Shown one piece after another: positions 10,196 to 20,107 of a stretch of DNA of 58,021 bases. Positions within the stretch are counted from its first letter, which is position 1. Every line of letters begins with the position of its first letter. Made by a program: the position numbers and the translations under genes. The notes under the pieces were generated by a model. That model was not told the origin of the DNA. It saw only the letters and a list, made by a program, of their open reading frames with translations, and searched no databases. The stretch is from an uncultured Dehalococcoidales bacterium (GTDB lineage Bacteria > Chloroflexota > Dehalococcoidia > GIF9 > AB-539-J10), in assembly GCA_964509565.1 (NCBI GenBank), contig CAZDXE010000004.1, positions 1 through 58,021 of the forward strand. Reading direction: 5' to 3'.

Positions 10196-11008
10196 TTAAT
10201 CCTCTTCATATTCATCTTCATCCTGCTCCCAAATAGGTTCAGTGTAACGATCGATAAATTCAGCTGTAGCTCGCTTAGCTATAAACCCCATCTCTTCATC
10301 CATCTGTTTAGCTAAATTATCAAGCTCAGTCAAGTCAACATCAATTCCCAGTATTTTGATTAATACCCTGAGCACAACCAGGGAGGCTTTGGGATTTGCC
10401 ATCTGAGTCCCATATGTCGGCACTTCCCCTAACAAACAAATACCTTCAATATCCCGCTCCTTAGCTACCCCTAATATCAATCCATTTAACCCAGCAATCC
10501 GAAGATTCCCTCTAAGAATAACATTGTACTTACCCAATTCAGTAATTAACGCTTGCTTCGTGGCCACTCCCCATACTTTGGGTTCCTCGCTGGGGTGAAT
10601 CTTTGCCACAGCAGCAGCACAACTATATATCCTTTCCACCTTAAGGTTCTGAGCCACATCTAAAATACAATTAACCAGTTCATATCCCTTGGAACTAGGT
10701 TGCTCCTCCCCAATAAATAACACTAAGCCTTTGCCAGTCTCTTTATTTCGCCAATAGTAAAACTTGCTCTCGGGAAAACGAGGGTTCTCAATTACATTAT
10801 CTCTCACCGTAACGCCCACTGGTTCAAAAAAATTGACGGGCTCAATTTCCCCTATTTCCACAGCACATAACTTGTCTTTCAAGTATCTTGCCGCCATTAA
10901 AGAAACATCGCCAATACTTGGCCACGAGACAAACATAGAACAGCCCTTAGAACGCGGCCTCCTGTGGAGATTTATTACACTCTTCGTTTTTCCCTTCACT
11001 TTCTTCAA
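10196..11008 (-). CDS. PAC2 family (proteasome assembly chaperone-like) protein
   Basis: WPSIGDV, FIGEEQP, IAGLNGLILG, GICLLGE..NPKAS and an acidic C-tail. Start codon uncertain. Confidence 0.8.
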   Translation of the reverse strand: MKKVKGKTKSVINLHRRPRSKGCSMFVSWPSIGDVSLMAARYLKDKLCAVEIGEIEPVNFFEPVGVTVRDNVIENPRFPESKFYYWRNKETGKGLVLFIGEEQPSSKGYELVNCILDVAQNLKVERIYSCAAAVAKIHPSEEPKVWGVATKQALITELGKYNVILRGNLRIAGLNGLILGVAKERDIEGICLLGEVPTYGTQMANPKASLVVLRVLIKILGIDVDLTELDNLAKQMDEEMGFIAKRATAEFIDRYTEPIWEQDEDEYEED

Positions 11009-11020
11009 GGTTACCTTTTT

Positions 11021-12331
11021 TTATTTCGATGCTACTGATAAACAAGTGCAGTATAGAGCAGGAGTTCGCAAAATCCCATCAACCCACCTCGCTTTATTTC
11101 CTATGCCAAGAGATTGCTTCAGAACCTGATAGATGTTCCCCGAAACCATAGTATCCTTTATACGCCCTACTACTTCACCATTCTCTACCTTGTATCCTAA
11201 CAAAACATTGCCGCTGAAATCACCTCCTATCAAATTACCTTGATCAGCTCCTATGAGTTGTTCTACTATCAAACCTTCTTTCATATCCTCCACCATAGCT
11301 TCAAAAGAAATATCTCCTTCCTCTATAACAAAGGAACTCATGGCTGGCTTAGGAGAACCACTCCCAATTCGTTTACAATTGCCCGTGCTTTGCGTGTTAG
11401 CCAAAGCTGCTGTTCGTAAATCGTACAGGAAACTCGCCACTACCCCCCTTTCTACAAGCGGGGTGCATTGGCTAGGTGTCCCCTCATCATCACAGGGAGA
11501 GCTCCCCACACGATAAGCCAGCGCAGCATCATCCCATAAATTAAGATTATTGTCAAAAACTTGCTCCCCTAACTTGCCTTCCAGCGGAGAAACTCCTTCC
11601 AAAACCACTTTGCCATTAAAAGCTAGTGCCAGGGGAGTTAAAAAGGTGCTAGCCACCCCACGAGGAGTAAAAATCACCGGTAACAGCTTAGTAGAGACAG
11701 CAGCTTTTTCGTTAGCCAATTCCAACTGCCTGACCACTCTATCAGCTATAAGCTCAGGGCTAACAGGCAAACAACATGAGTCCTCACTATCACCAGTAAA
11801 AAGCATATCTGTATCTTGAATGAGTATGCCCTCCACGCTAAGGCCAAAGAAGCTCTTAGTATAATTTGCTTCCCCTCTTTGAGAATTAACTATGTAGATT
11901 GAATCTATTCCCTTAGTTACTTCAACGTCGCAAAGGATGTCGGGGGCATATTTCTTTATCCTAGTTATAACTTGGTTACCATACTCAATCATTTCTTCCA
12001 TCGTTATCTTCTGCACTCGGGGGTCAAAGGTGTTAACATCAGGATAATCCATTCGGGAAGGAAAGGTGAAATTGGCTGGATCTCCAAATTCAGATGTCTC
12101 CACAGCCATATCAAGCAAGGCTTCCATATTATTAGAGCCACTGGCTGTTGATATACCAAGCTTACCATCCCGGAAAATTCGCAAGCTTACACTAGTGCTT
12201 TCTTTAGTTTGTATTTGCTTCAGCCTATTAGCCTCAAAATAAATTGGGTTTTCTTGAGAGGAAACGAAAAAAACCTCAGCCTGTTCAGCCACTTTACGGG
12301 CAGAATGAATAACATTTAAAAGGTGTTCCAT
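11021..12331 (-). CDS. pmbA: TldE/PmbA family protein
   Basis: PCDDEGTP, STGN, GDFSG and VSGN motifs; lacks HExxxH; follows tldD. Confidence 0.85.
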   Translation of the reverse strand: MEHLLNVIHSARKVAEQAEVFFVSSQENPIYFEANRLKQIQTKESTSVSLRIFRDGKLGISTASGSNNMEALLDMAVETSEFGDPANFTFPSRMDYPDVNTFDPRVQKITMEEMIEYGNQVITRIKKYAPDILCDVEVTKGIDSIYIVNSQRGEANYTKSFFGLSVEGILIQDTDMLFTGDSEDSCCLPVSPELIADRVVRQLELANEKAAVSTKLLPVIFTPRGVASTFLTPLALAFNGKVVLEGVSPLEGKLGEQVFDNNLNLWDDAALAYRVGSSPCDDEGTPSQCTPLVERGVVASFLYDLRTAALANTQSTGNCKRIGSGSPKPAMSSFVIEEGDISFEAMVEDMKEGLIVEQLIGADQGNLIGGDFSGNVLLGYKVENGEVVGRIKDTMVSGNIYQVLKQSLGIGNKARWVDGILRTPALYCTCLSVASK

Positions 12332-12372
12332 AAATTTCTAAATTATAAACCCCTGGAATTTAGTATTTATTC

Positions 12373-13737
12373 TTATCTTCCACACCCCCCTAGCAAACAA
12401 TGACGAATTCTAATATGTGGGCTGCCATTAGAAACGGGCAGCGGGGATTGCCCTGCTTTGCCACAACCTCCACCTTGATTCATATTCAAATCATTGCCAA
12501 TAGCATCTATATTATCCAGGGTAACAAAAACATTACCAGTTAACACTACTGGGCGTAGCATCTCCTCCAACTTTCCGTCTCGAATCATATAGGCTTCCCC
12601 AGCAGAAAAAGTGAACATCTCTAAACTAGTCGTCCCGCCATACCAGTCTTTCACGTAAACTCCCTCTTTAATGCCTTCGAGCATCTCCTTAAAACAAGAT
12701 GCGCCAGGTTCGATAAAGGTATTAGTCATCCGCACTATAGGGGGAAAGAGATAATTGATGGCACGTGCGTTCCCTGTGAGTTTTTCCCCCATCCTGGCTG
12801 CTGTCTCCCTGGAGTGGAGCCTTCCCACCAAAATGCCATCCTGAATAAGAGATGTTCTCGTTGCTGGCATCCCTTCATCGTCATATTTGTAGCTCCCTCT
12901 CAAACCAGGAATAGTAGCATCATCAATAATATTGAGTTGCTTACCCCCAAATCTTCGCCCCAAGGTCATGATATTATACAATTGCTTGTTCTGATAAACG
13001 AAATCAGCTTCTGATAAGTGTCCGAAAGCCTCGTGAACAAAAACTCCAGCTAAAACAGGATCTAAGATTACGGTATGTTCACCCCCCTTTACATGGGGAG
13101 CAGAAAGGAGAGATGCAGCGCGCCTGGCTATCTCCTGCACTTGATCATGCAGACCCTCTACGGCCGAGAAATCGCCATTACTTCCTAAACTCAACCCAGC
13201 TTGCTGAACCTCATTACCCTGACACGCTATAGCTGTCAGCCGCAAGGCAATATCCGGTTTACTTTGCTCAATATAACTACCTTCAGAATTAACAAAGGTG
13301 ACTTTACGTTTAACATCACGGTAATCAATCCTAGAGCTTTGAATTTTTGAGCTGCCTAATATAATACTATTATATTCATCAAGAAGCCGCTTCTTAGCCA
13401 CTAATGGAATAGCAGCCAGGCTTCTCTCCAATTCTTGGGTTACCGTATCTACCACAGGCTCCGCCGCAGGAAATCCAAACTCCTCCCCGCTGGCCAACCT
13501 TGCCTCATCTACCGCTAGCATCACCTTTCCCCGTAGCTTGTCAAGATGATTAAAACTAACAAACCCCCAACTTCCTTTAACCAAAGCTCGAATATTGCCA
13601 CCAGAACTACAAGTCCTGCTTATTTCTTCCCAGCTGCCACTTCGGCAAATAATGTGAGTGCTTTCACTCTCTTCAAAGTGAACCTCAACGTAATCAGCAT
13701 TATGCCCTTTCAAGGCATCGGTAAATTGATTTCGCAC
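12373..13737 (-). CDS. tldD: TldD metalloprotease
   Basis: HEAFGHLSEAD, YDDEG, PIVRMTNT and GGCGKAGQ. Confidence 0.92.
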   Translation of the reverse strand: MRNQFTDALKGHNADYVEVHFEESESTHIICRSGSWEEISRTCSSGGNIRALVKGSWGFVSFNHLDKLRGKVMLAVDEARLASGEEFGFPAAEPVVDTVTQELERSLAAIPLVAKKRLLDEYNSIILGSSKIQSSRIDYRDVKRKVTFVNSEGSYIEQSKPDIALRLTAIACQGNEVQQAGLSLGSNGDFSAVEGLHDQVQEIARRAASLLSAPHVKGGEHTVILDPVLAGVFVHEAFGHLSEADFVYQNKQLYNIMTLGRRFGGKQLNIIDDATIPGLRGSYKYDDEGMPATRTSLIQDGILVGRLHSRETAARMGEKLTGNARAINYLFPPIVRMTNTFIEPGASCFKEMLEGIKEGVYVKDWYGGTTSLEMFTFSAGEAYMIRDGKLEEMLRPVVLTGNVFVTLDNIDAIGNDLNMNQGGGCGKAGQSPLPVSNGSPHIRIRHCLLGGCGR

Positions 13738-13899
13738 AGATTTATCCCCCAGAGTAGCTTAAAGCAAAATGACAGACCAGCAAGCAAACGAAATAAAGAC
13801 AGACTTCCACCAAGACATATTATATACTCTAGCCGTTATTTCCTAAAATTGTCGGGTATAGAGTATACTATTGTATCAACAACTGAGGAGAACATGTGA

Positions 13900-14154
13900 A
13901 TGAGATCCAGTATTATTGGGAAGATTGAAAAAGCTAAAAGGTATGCCCAGGAGCCGGACCGTGTTACTTTATCAGGTCTCACAGCCAACTTCCGCGGAGA
14001 GAATAACAACTATGAGTTAAGCTATGCTAACGGAAAGTGGCAATGCTCCTGCCATTTCTTTTCTCAGTGGGGAACATGTAGCCACACCATGGCATTACAA
14101 CAAATATTAACCAATGTCCTGCCCAAGGAAGCTCTTAGCTCTCCTCTAGAGTAA
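13900..14154 (+). CDS. Small SWIM zinc-finger protein
   Basis: WQCSC-x8-CSH motif, GAGGAG RBS, 84 aa. Confidence 0.75.
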   Translation: MRSSIIGKIEKAKRYAQEPDRVTLSGLTANFRGENNNYELSYANGKWQCSCHFFSQWGTCSHTMALQQILTNVLPKEALSSPLE

Positions 14155-15513
14155 TTTGCCCCCAGAAGCTTGAAACCCCGCCACATAATCCAAAGCCTCC
14201 GCCACCACAAATAGGGAACCAGTAACACAGATGAGGTCGTTCTTCTTAGCTAGAGCTACAGTCTGAGAAAGAGCCTGGCCCACAGCATTAGTAATTTTGG
14301 GCTTGATGCCGCCTTTGGCAAACTCAGCGGCCAAATCTAAAGGCGAAGCGGCCCGGGGATGCGAAGAGCGCGTGACAACAACTTGAGGAGAGAGAAAAAC
14401 TAATTCTTTCACTATTCCTGATATGTTTTTATCACAAGATGCGCCCATAATAAGGAAAAATCTGTCATAATTGAAATACGCTTTAATATTCTCCACTAAT
14501 CTCTTCATAGACGCCACGTTGTGAGCACCATCAACCAGCATAATAGGATTATGACTTAAGATCTGGAATCGCCCAGGCCATTCAACACGGGCAAATCCTT
14601 GAGCAATATCCCTGGTAGAAATAGCACAGCCTAAAGAGGCTAAAACTTCCAGAGTAGCCACGGCAGTGGCGGCATTCTCAATCTGGTAATCCCCCAAGAG
14701 TGGAATAGTAAAGCAGTGAGTACCCATCTTACTCTGAACTACAAATGATTGCTTATGGAAGTCACTTGTTAACTTACGCCAGGTAATATCTTCACCCACC
14801 TGAACTAACCGCGCTTCCCGGCGGCGGCAGGTATCTCTAATTACCGAAGTCACCTCTCTCGGCTGAGGAGAGAGTATCACCCAACAACCAGGCTTAATGA
14901 TGCCCGCTTTTTCGCAAGCTATCTTCTCCAAACTATCACCTAGAATTTGTGTGTGCTCCAAGCTAATAGGAGTGATGACACAGACCTCAGATTTAACCAC
15001 GTTGGTAGCATCCAACCTGCCACCTAAGCCCACTTCCAGAACTTGAAAATCTGCTCCTTTCTTCCTGAAATAAACAAATGCAAGCACGGTCAACGCCTCG
15101 AAAAAAGTCAACCGCCTGCAGGAAGGTTCATGCTTCATTGTTTCAAAATAAGGTTTAAGCTCAGCCACCAGGCCAGCAAATTCAGTTAGGGGAATTAAAT
15201 TGCCATCCAGCCTAATTCGCTCCCTTAAGTTACGGAGATGCGGAGAGATATATAGCCCCGTCTTATAGCCGGACGTGCTCAAGACCTGAGCGATCATGGC
15301 TGCCGTGCTCCCCTTCCCCTTCGTACCAGCTACATGAACAGTTTTGGCAGCTAAATGAGGGTTGTTCAAGCGCTCTAAAAGCTCTTCTATATGCTTTAAG
15401 CCATAGCCACGCGAAGTATAGGGTATCCCCGGGAGCATCTCATAATCAATAAAACTATGGATATATTCTTCTGCTTGGGTACAATTCACTTTATTATTCT
15501 CAAATTTTATCAA
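14146..15513 (-). CDS. folC: Folylpolyglutamate synthase/dihydrofolate synthase
   Basis: HVAGTKGKGST, EVGLGGRLDATNV, DGAHN and VTGSLF. Start may be GTG near 15489. Confidence 0.95.
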   Translation of the reverse strand: MIKFENNKVNCTQAEEYIHSFIDYEMLPGIPYTSRGYGLKHIEELLERLNNPHLAAKTVHVAGTKGKGSTAAMIAQVLSTSGYKTGLYISPHLRNLRERIRLDGNLIPLTEFAGLVAELKPYFETMKHEPSCRRLTFFEALTVLAFVYFRKKGADFQVLEVGLGGRLDATNVVKSEVCVITPISLEHTQILGDSLEKIACEKAGIIKPGCWVILSPQPREVTSVIRDTCRRREARLVQVGEDITWRKLTSDFHKQSFVVQSKMGTHCFTIPLLGDYQIENAATAVATLEVLASLGCAISTRDIAQGFARVEWPGRFQILSHNPIMLVDGAHNVASMKRLVENIKAYFNYDRFFLIMGASCDKNISGIVKELVFLSPQVVVTRSSHPRAASPLDLAAEFAKGGIKPKITNAVGQALSQTVALAKKNDLICVTGSLFVVAEALDYVAGFQASGGKLL

Positions 15514-15647
15514 TTATACCATCTGCCTAACATACCTATCATATCCCCACCAGGGGATTGCAAAAACTATTATTACGTGGCAAACTCTAGAGTAGAAACT
15601 GTGCTCTGAATTCAATCGCCTCTGAAAAGTAGAAGGATATATACAAG

Positions 15648-16898
15648 ATGAACAACTCAAAAACCGTTCGCCTACCCCAACTAGCATGGTATGGAGATAC
15701 CGAGATTGAGATAGATTTCCCCGATTCATGGGATGTTACCATCTGCCGTATGCATGGCCATGACACCCCTCCCTTAAACGAAGATAACATCAGAAAAGCT
15801 TTCCATAATCCTATTGGCTCTAAGCCCATAAAGGAGTTAGCTAAAGGGAAAAATGAGGTTGTAATACTCTTCGACGACATGTCGAGAGCTACACCTTCTG
15901 CCACATTGATACCCTATGTTTTAGAGGAACTTGCCGCCGCCGGCATTCCCGATGATAACATACGCTTCATAGCTGCCATTGGAGCTCATGGCGCAATGAA
16001 CGGAATAGATTTCAGGAAAAAATTGGGGGACGAAGTGATGGGCAGGTTTCTAGTCTATAATCATAATCCATATGAAAACTGCACTCCTCTTGGAGTAACC
16101 AGTCAAGGTACACCATTGTCAATCAACAGCGAAGTAATGTCCTGTGATCTCAAGATTGGTATCGGCTCTATCGTACCACACCCATACAGTGGCTTTGGCG
16201 GCGGCAGTAAGATAATCCTCCCCGGCGTTGCATCTATGGAAGCCATAGATGCTAATCATACAAGGCTTAGGCTTTCTCCAACAATCGGCATAGGTAAATA
16301 CGAAGGCAATGTGCTGCACAAAGACATGAATGAAGCTGCTAGAATGGCAGGACTTGACGTTAAGATAGATGCCATATTTAATTTGAAAAGAGAGATAACA
16401 GCTCTTTTTGTTGGCGACCCAATAGAGGAACATATAGAGGGAGTGAAGCTAGCCAGAGATTATTATGCAACGAATATGGTCAGCGATGCTGATATCGTCA
16501 TCGCCAATTGCTATTCCAAGGCGAACGAGATGTGTCTCGCTCTTCCAATAGCATCCTCGCTTCTATCCCAAAAAGGTGGCGACATAGTACTTATAGCAGT
16601 TACACCTGAGGGGCAAATAAATCACTATTTAGAAAGAAGTTTTGGGAAGAAGTTTGGCGGCAGGAGCTGGCAAATAACAAGATACCCGTTCAAAACCCTG
16701 CCTCATAACATCAGGAGACTAACTGTCATGACACCTTACTCAGACAAGGTCGGTGGCGACTGGGTAGCACCATATGACTTGATTCATCAAGCTAAAACAT
16801 GGGCAGAGGTAGCCCATGAACTTAAGAACAGATATGGCGCCTCAGCAAAGGTAGCAGTAATACCAGATGCAACAGTGCAGTATTTTCCTGAAGCATAA
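15648..16898 (+). CDS. larA: LarA-family nickel-pincer-dependent 2-hydroxyacid racemase/epimerase
   Basis: DDMSRATP, AIGAH, VPHPYSGFGGGSKIILPG (cofactor Lys) and ANH. Substrate unknown. Confidence 0.85.
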   Translation: MNNSKTVRLPQLAWYGDTEIEIDFPDSWDVTICRMHGHDTPPLNEDNIRKAFHNPIGSKPIKELAKGKNEVVILFDDMSRATPSATLIPYVLEELAAAGIPDDNIRFIAAIGAHGAMNGIDFRKKLGDEVMGRFLVYNHNPYENCTPLGVTSQGTPLSINSEVMSCDLKIGIGSIVPHPYSGFGGGSKIILPGVASMEAIDANHTRLRLSPTIGIGKYEGNVLHKDMNEAARMAGLDVKIDAIFNLKREITALFVGDPIEEHIEGVKLARDYYATNMVSDADIVIANCYSKANEMCLALPIASSLLSQKGGDIVLIAVTPEGQINHYLERSFGKKFGGRSWQITRYPFKTLPHNIRRLTVMTPYSDKVGGDWVAPYDLIHQAKTWAEVAHELKNRYGASAKVAVIPDATVQYFPEA

Positions 16899-16917
16899 AC
16901 TATAAAAGGAGGCACAG

Positions 16918-17535
16918 ATGATTAAAACTATTGCAATTTCCAAAGCTCAAGCCTTACCCAAGGGAATAAAATATACTGATATTCGCAGTTATGCTTTTAC
17001 ATTCCTCTTTGTTTCGTTAAGCATAGCTACACCGTGGGTCTTCCATCAATTCCACTTAGCCGGGCCTATTTTTCTACCTATGCATTTCTTCGTACTAATG
17101 GCTGGATTGTTATTCGGTTGGAGAGCAGGGCTAATAGTTGGGCTATCCACTCCCATAATGAGCTTTGCCATATCAGGCATGCCAGCTGTAGTGCTCCTAC
17201 CCCAGATCATAGCAGAGGTTTCAGTATATGGATTAGTCGCTGGAATTCTACGCGAGAAGTTTAATCTTCAAGTGATATGGTCATTAATTGGGGCAATGAT
17301 AGGGGGACGTTTGACATTACTTTTAGTATTATCAACGACTTACCTTATGAAAGGAGCAACTTATAGCCCCCTCAGCATCTATACAGTAACAGGCGGGGAG
17401 ATAAACCCCCTCGCTTCTTTTTGGTCAACTATCACACTAAGTTGGCCAGGGATTATTATCCAACTGATATCTATACCACTAATCATTAAATTTTTAAAGA
17501 TAACTATAGCCCAAAATAGCCGGAGAGGCAGCTAA
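16918..17535 (+). CDS. ECF transporter substrate-specific (S) component
   Basis: About 6 TM helices, GPIFLPMH motif, WPGIIIQL; AAGGAGG RBS. Confidence 0.8.
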   Translation: MIKTIAISKAQALPKGIKYTDIRSYAFTFLFVSLSIATPWVFHQFHLAGPIFLPMHFFVLMAGLLFGWRAGLIVGLSTPIMSFAISGMPAVVLLPQIIAEVSVYGLVAGILREKFNLQVIWSLIGAMIGGRLTLLLVLSTTYLMKGATYSPLSIYTVTGGEINPLASFWSTITLSWPGIIIQLISIPLIIKFLKITIAQNSRRGS

Positions 17536-17537
17536 CT

Positions 17538-17996
17538 TTGAATGAAACACCTCTATTCAAGCAGTTCTTAGTAAGCAGTAATACTCTTTGGGCATACAAA
17601 GGTGACAAATTGCTGTTTATATCCAGTAAACATGGTCTACAGCCGCTATTTGAATATGTTGACAAAGGTGCACCATTTCAGGGCAAGATTAAAATATTCG
17701 ATAAGGTAGTAGGCAATGCTGCTGCTTTGTTAATGGTAAAAGCTAAATGTAAGGAAATTTATAGCCCCCTGGCCAGCGAACTTGCGCTCAAAACGTTACA
17801 CCATTACAACATTCAATGTCATATTCATAGTACCACACCATACATTCAAAACCGCGAAGGGGAAGATATGTGCCCAATGGAAAAATTATCCATTGATAAA
17901 AACCCTGAGGAATTCTACACGGCAGCAAGACCCCTGTTTTATCGCCCTACAGGAAAGCCTAAGGCAGGGAACAGGACACAAGGAACTAAGCATTGA
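17538..17996 (+). CDS. DUF1893 (TM1506-like) protein
   Basis: GLQPL, DKVVGNAAA, S..A and IQNREG.DMCPMEK motifs. Confidence 0.8.
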   Translation: MNETPLFKQFLVSSNTLWAYKGDKLLFISSKHGLQPLFEYVDKGAPFQGKIKIFDKVVGNAAALLMVKAKCKEIYSPLASELALKTLHHYNIQCHIHSTTPYIQNREGEDMCPMEKLSIDKNPEEFYTAARPLFYRPTGKPKAGNRTQGTKH

Positions 17997-18805
17997 ATTT
18001 TATTGATAAGCTACTTAATATTAGCCGGAAGAACGAAAGCCTGCTTTGCATTGGGCTCGACCCCAACCCGGATTTAATACCCAAAGTAACCATCTTAGAA
18101 TTTAACACCGCTATCATCGATGCCACCAGCGATTTAGTATGTGCCTACAAACCTAATTTGGCTTTTTATGAAGCTCTAGGAATCGAAGGCATGGCCATCT
18201 TACAAAAGACTATTGAACACATACCCGACAACATTCCCATAATTGGGGATGCCAAGCGTGGCGACATAGGCAACACTGCTAAAGCTTACGCTAAAGCTCT
18301 TTTCTCCACCTTCGGTTTCGATGCTGCCACGGTCAATCCCTACATGGGTTTTGACTCCATAGAGCCTTTCATTAGTTACCACGATAAAGGAATATTTATT
18401 CTATGTAGAACGTCAAACCCCAGCGCTATAGATTTTCAGAACCTCCGTTGCCCTACTGGCACCCCACTCTACAAAATGGTGGCACACAAAGCCAAAGAGT
18501 GGAATATTTATAACAACATTGGTTTAGTAGTTGGAGCCACCTGCCCTGATGAATTAAGAGAACTTCGCTCAATCTGCCCTGAGATGTGCCTGCTCATTCC
18601 AGGCATAGGCACTCAAGGCGGCAATTTGACTTTAACAATTAGCTACGGAGTGGATACTCAAGAAAAAAATGCAATTATCAATGTATCGAGACAAATTCTT
18701 TATGCCTCACAAGAAAGAGACTTCGCGCAAGCAGCCAGAAATACCGCTGAGAGAATACGCAACCAAATCAATTCATGCTTACCTTCCCACCTGAAAGCAA
18801 AATGA
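17993..18805 (+). CDS. pyrF: Orotidine-5'-phosphate decarboxylase (type 2)
   Basis: LCIGLDP, KPNLAFYE, DAKRGDIGNT and PGIGTQGG. Confidence 0.95.
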   Translation: MNFIDKLLNISRKNESLLCIGLDPNPDLIPKVTILEFNTAIIDATSDLVCAYKPNLAFYEALGIEGMAILQKTIEHIPDNIPIIGDAKRGDIGNTAKAYAKALFSTFGFDAATVNPYMGFDSIEPFISYHDKGIFILCRTSNPSAIDFQNLRCPTGTPLYKMVAHKAKEWNIYNNIGLVVGATCPDELRELRSICPEMCLLIPGIGTQGGNLTLTISYGVDTQEKNAIINVSRQILYASQERDFAQAARNTAERIRNQINSCLPSHLKAK

Positions 18806-18823
18806 ACACGTTTGTAATAATTG

Positions 18824-18848
18824 CCCCTTCGTAGAGAAAAGGGGTTTT
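18824..18848 (+). terminator. Hairpin after pyrF (possible intrinsic terminator)
   Basis: CCCCTT-9 nt-AAGGGG followed by TTTT. Confidence 0.45.
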
Positions 18849-18873
18849 AAAATAAACTGAACGTGCTAAGATC

Positions 18874-20034
18874 ATGACTCGCTGCATTTTCCACGTCGAT
18901 TTGGACGCTTTCTTCGTTTCTGTAGAGCGAACACTTAATCCGAATCTAATGAAAAAACCAGTAATTGTCGGGGGAGACCCCAGGCGGCATGGGGTAGTAG
19001 CTTCCGCCTCTTACGAAGCTCGCCCCTTCGGGATTCATGCCGGCATGCCATTATCCAAGGCTCATCGCCTTTGCCCCCAAGCTATTTTCCTCCAAGCTGA
19101 TTTCTCCCACTATAGAGAGTCATCACAAAGATTTATGGAGATCCTGGCTGACTTCTCCCCCCACATTGAGCCTCTAAGTATTGATGAAGCATATCTCGAC
19201 GTCTCCGGATATGAAGAACCATTCGGTTCTTCTCAGAAACTAGCCCTTGTTGTAAAGAAACGAATATATGAAGAGCTCAAGCTCACTGCCTCTATAGGAA
19301 TTGCTACGTGCAAAGTGGTAGCCAAAATCGCCTCTGATTTATGTAAGCCTAACGGATTGTTGGAAGTAGCTCCAGGAGAAGAACGCCACTTCTTAACCCC
19401 TCTCCCACTGGCTAAATTGCCAGGAGTGGGCAAAAAAACAGAGCAGGTGTTACGAGAAATGGGTATAGCTACCGTAGGTCAATTAGCAGCGCTTCCTCTA
19501 GACACAATTAAAAAACGCTTTGGAAAATTTGGCACAGTAATCCATGGCTATGCCAACGGAATAGATGACCGAGAAGTAGAAGCGCCCGGTGAAACCAAAT
19601 CCATTAGCAAGCAAACCACATTCGCCAAAGATAACTCAGATCACCATTATCTTGAGGCCAGCCTCCACCACTTATGTGACCAGGTTAGTACAGAGCTCCG
19701 CTATCTAGATAAGCAAGCAAAGTGTGTAACCCTGAAGCTAAGATATGCTGACTTCAAGACAATCACCCGTCAAGTTACCTTAAAAGAAGCAAACGATGTT
19801 AGTCATGTTATCTTTGCTACAGCTTTACAGCTACTGTGCAAAACTTTAGCGCAAAAAGAGAAGGCAATCCGACTTATAGGCATCAAGCTATCAAGCTTAT
19901 CTGGCAAGGAAAAGCAACTCTACATGTTTGACACCAAAATAGAGAAATGGAGACATTTGGATAAAGCCATCGACCAGATCCGAAGAAAATATGGCTCATC
20001 ATCTCTTAGGAAGGGTAAAGATATCTTCACCTAA
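18874..20034 (+). CDS. dinB: DNA polymerase IV
   Basis: HVDLDAFF, ASYEAR, SIDEAYLD and KPNG; clamp-binding-like QLYMF near the C-terminus. Confidence 0.95.
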   Translation: MTRCIFHVDLDAFFVSVERTLNPNLMKKPVIVGGDPRRHGVVASASYEARPFGIHAGMPLSKAHRLCPQAIFLQADFSHYRESSQRFMEILADFSPHIEPLSIDEAYLDVSGYEEPFGSSQKLALVVKKRIYEELKLTASIGIATCKVVAKIASDLCKPNGLLEVAPGEERHFLTPLPLAKLPGVGKKTEQVLREMGIATVGQLAALPLDTIKKRFGKFGTVIHGYANGIDDREVEAPGETKSISKQTTFAKDNSDHHYLEASLHHLCDQVSTELRYLDKQAKCVTLKLRYADFKTITRQVTLKEANDVSHVIFATALQLLCKTLAQKEKAIRLIGIKLSSLSGKEKQLYMFDTKIEKWRHLDKAIDQIRRKYGSSSLRKGKDIFT

Positions 20035-20107
20035 ACGGATATAGAGACTTGTTTTTAGCTTGGGACACTAAGTATAATTAAGCAAATTATTTATAAAGGA
20101 GGGGGGA

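Noticed and set aside
11109-11120. GAGATTGCTTC repeat-core match in pmbA
   Set aside because: It lies in a normally aligned coding region with no extra length; likely chance.
18803-18873. LexA box upstream of dinB
   Set aside because: The GAAC half-sites lack a correctly spaced GTTC partner.
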